30,613 nucleotides of DNA, from positions 1-30,613 of the forward strand of contig CAWEPK010000002.1 of the NCBI GenBank assembly GCA_963810935.1, read 5' to 3'. This document shows positions 29,195-30,613 of the stretch, in pieces. The DNA comes from an uncultured delta proteobacterium. GTDB lineage: Bacteria > Desulfobacterota > Syntrophorhabdia > Syntrophorhabdales > WCHB1-27. The position numbers were made by a program, and so were the translations under genes. How positions within the stretch are numbered: position 1 is the first letter of the stretch; every line of letters starts with the position of its first letter. The notes under the pieces are model-generated. The model was not told where the DNA came from and did no database searches. It saw only the letters and a program-made list of their open reading frames with translations.

Positions 29195-29719
29195 CTATCG
29201 GGAGGCGATCTGCCTGCCGATGACTGCGCCCGCCGCAACGCCCAGGGCCAGTAAGCCTATCGTTCTTCCCAGGCCGAGACCGCTCGCCGCAACGCCAAGC
29301 CTGCTTTCGATAAAAGCGAGGTGGCGCCGCTCGTCTGCGTAATGCCTTTCGATCAGGACCATTATCCGGCCGGGGAAGTCCTCATTGGCCGCCTGCCTGT
29401 ACTTGTATCCGACGTATTTCTCTCCCGTCGCACAGGCATCCAGAATGTCGCGGTCGCTCATCGCCCCTTCCGCTGCGGTCATCCCTTCGAAGAAGACGCC
29501 ACGCGGCGCCATCGACATGTCGGGCGGCTCGCCGCCTTCCCTCCTGATCGCCTCGCCGAAGTCTCCGACGTGCCTCTCGTGTTCATGCCGGAAGCGCAGC
29601 AGGGTGTCCTGCAGATCTTGGTCCCTCACCGCAGCAGCGGCCTTGTCGTACGCAGACAGCGCGTCGTGGTCCAGCTTCATAAGGGAACTTAGTCTGTCGA
29701 TCAGATCACGGCTTTCCAT
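29195..29719 (-). CDS. Ferritin-like (DUF2383/PA2169-type) protein with a C-terminal hydrophobic helix
   Basis: LDHDALSAYDKA, FRHEHERHV, DERRHL; GGAGGT RBS. Confidence 0.8.
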   Translation of the reverse strand: MESRDLIDRLSSLMKLDHDALSAYDKAAAAVRDQDLQDTLLRFRHEHERHVGDFGEAIRREGGEPPDMSMAPRGVFFEGMTAAEGAMSDRDILDACATGEKYVGYKYRQAANEDFPGRIMVLIERHYADERRHLAFIESRLGVAASGLGLGRTIGLLALGVAAGAVIGRQIASR

Positions 29720-29829
29720 GGTTACCTCCCCGACCGTCCTTGGGCTTTTCGCTTCCGAAACATAGTGCCTCCGCTGTATGAAATCAAGGAGTGGGAGGTG
29801 TGCTCCCCCGGCCTACGCATATCAGCGGC

Positions 29830-29857
29830 TTGACTTTGGCGTATTTTTGACTATAAT
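29830..29857 (+). promoter_or_regulatory. Sigma-70 promoter directly upstream of rplC
   Basis: TTGACT-N16-TATAAT, followed by a GGAGGTG RBS. Confidence 0.7.
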
Positions 29858-29878
29858 AGTACTCTTCGGAGGTGTAAG

Positions 29879-30524
29879 ATGGCCATCGGGTTGCTCGGTA
29901 AGAAGTTGGGAATGACGCAGATTTTCGGCGAAAACGGCGTCATGATCCCCGTTACGGTTGTAAAGACAGGCCCCTGCCTGATCGTGCAGAAGAAGAGCGT
30001 CGAGAGCGACGGCTACAGCGCCGTGCAGGGTCGGTTTCGGCGAGATCGCGAAGGTTTCCAGGGCCAACAAGCCCCGCACGGGCCATTTCAAGAAAGCAGG
30101 CCTTCCTCCGATGGTAAGGCTGAAGGAATTCAGGGTAAAGGGCGACGAACTGGACGGGTTCGAGGCGGGCAGCGAGGTGCCCATCGACCTGTTCAAGCCG
30201 GGTCATTTTGTCGATGTGACGGGCGTCTCTATTGGAAAGGGAACCGCAGGCGTAATCAAGAGGCACAAGTTCTCGGGCGCCCCCGGAGGCCACGGGACGC
30301 ACGAGTTTTTCCGCCACGGCGGATCGATAGGTAATAACACGACCCCCGGTAGGACCCTGAAAGGCCGGAAGATGGCGGGCCGCATGGGCAACCGGAAAGT
30401 CACGGTGCAGAGCCTTAAAGTTGTCGACGTACGCGGCGACACGAATCTGGTAATGATCCGCGGCGCAGTGCCGGGCCCGAGGAACGGCTACCTCATTCTG
30501 AAAAAGGCGGTCAAGAGGGCGTAA
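29879..30524 (+). CDS. rplC: 50S ribosomal protein L3 (214 aa), with a +1 frameshift at GGG 30028-30030; stand-alone gene
   Basis: [25 protein letters not shown](V)[40 protein letters not shown]. Confidence 0.93.
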
Positions 30525-30556
30525 GGCTACCCCGACCATAAGCGAATACGATTTCA

Positions 30557-30591
30557 AGAATCCCCTGCATCCCAAGGACGCAGGGGATTTT
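30557..30591 (+). terminator. Terminator hairpin after rplC
   Basis: AATCCCCTGC / GCAGGGGATT stem with T-run, extendable to ATTTC/GAAAT. Confidence 0.7.
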
Positions 30592-30613
30592 GAAATTATT
30601 GGGGCTCAGCACC

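Noticed and set aside
1..30613. CRISPR arrays, tRNA or rRNA genes, transposases, phage genes
   Set aside because: No regularly spaced direct repeats, cloverleaf or rRNA signatures, or such protein motifs were seen.

Overview
GC-rich window from an anaerobic bacterium. Gene content suggests a syntrophic Desulfobacterota, possibly Syntrophorhabdus-like (inference). The core is two adjacent cytoplasmic redox operons. (i) NuoE-like + NuoF/GltD fusion + selenocysteine formate dehydrogenase, with an in-frame UGA and a SECIS hairpin. (ii) A separately promoted, apparently Rex-controlled group 3c-type [NiFe]-hydrogenase (MvhG, MvhA, protease) whose partner is an unusual GltD-2x[4Fe-4S]-MvhD fusion rather than HdrABC. 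Downstream, a ~1066-aa repeat-rich PEP-CTERM-type surface protein gene is bracketed by two inverted copies of a ~130-bp structured non-coding repeat. One copy carries a precise 154-bp highly structured insertion with terminal inverted repeats. The rest is housekeeping or accessory genes: NtrC-type regulator, rtcA, pcnB, B12 radical SAM, rubredoxin, purC, HU, rpsU, SDR, AcsE-like methyltransferase, GNAT-DUF362 fusion, ferritin-like protein and a stand-alone rplC outside the S10 operon. At least five genes are broken by single-base indels that look like long-read consensus errors.
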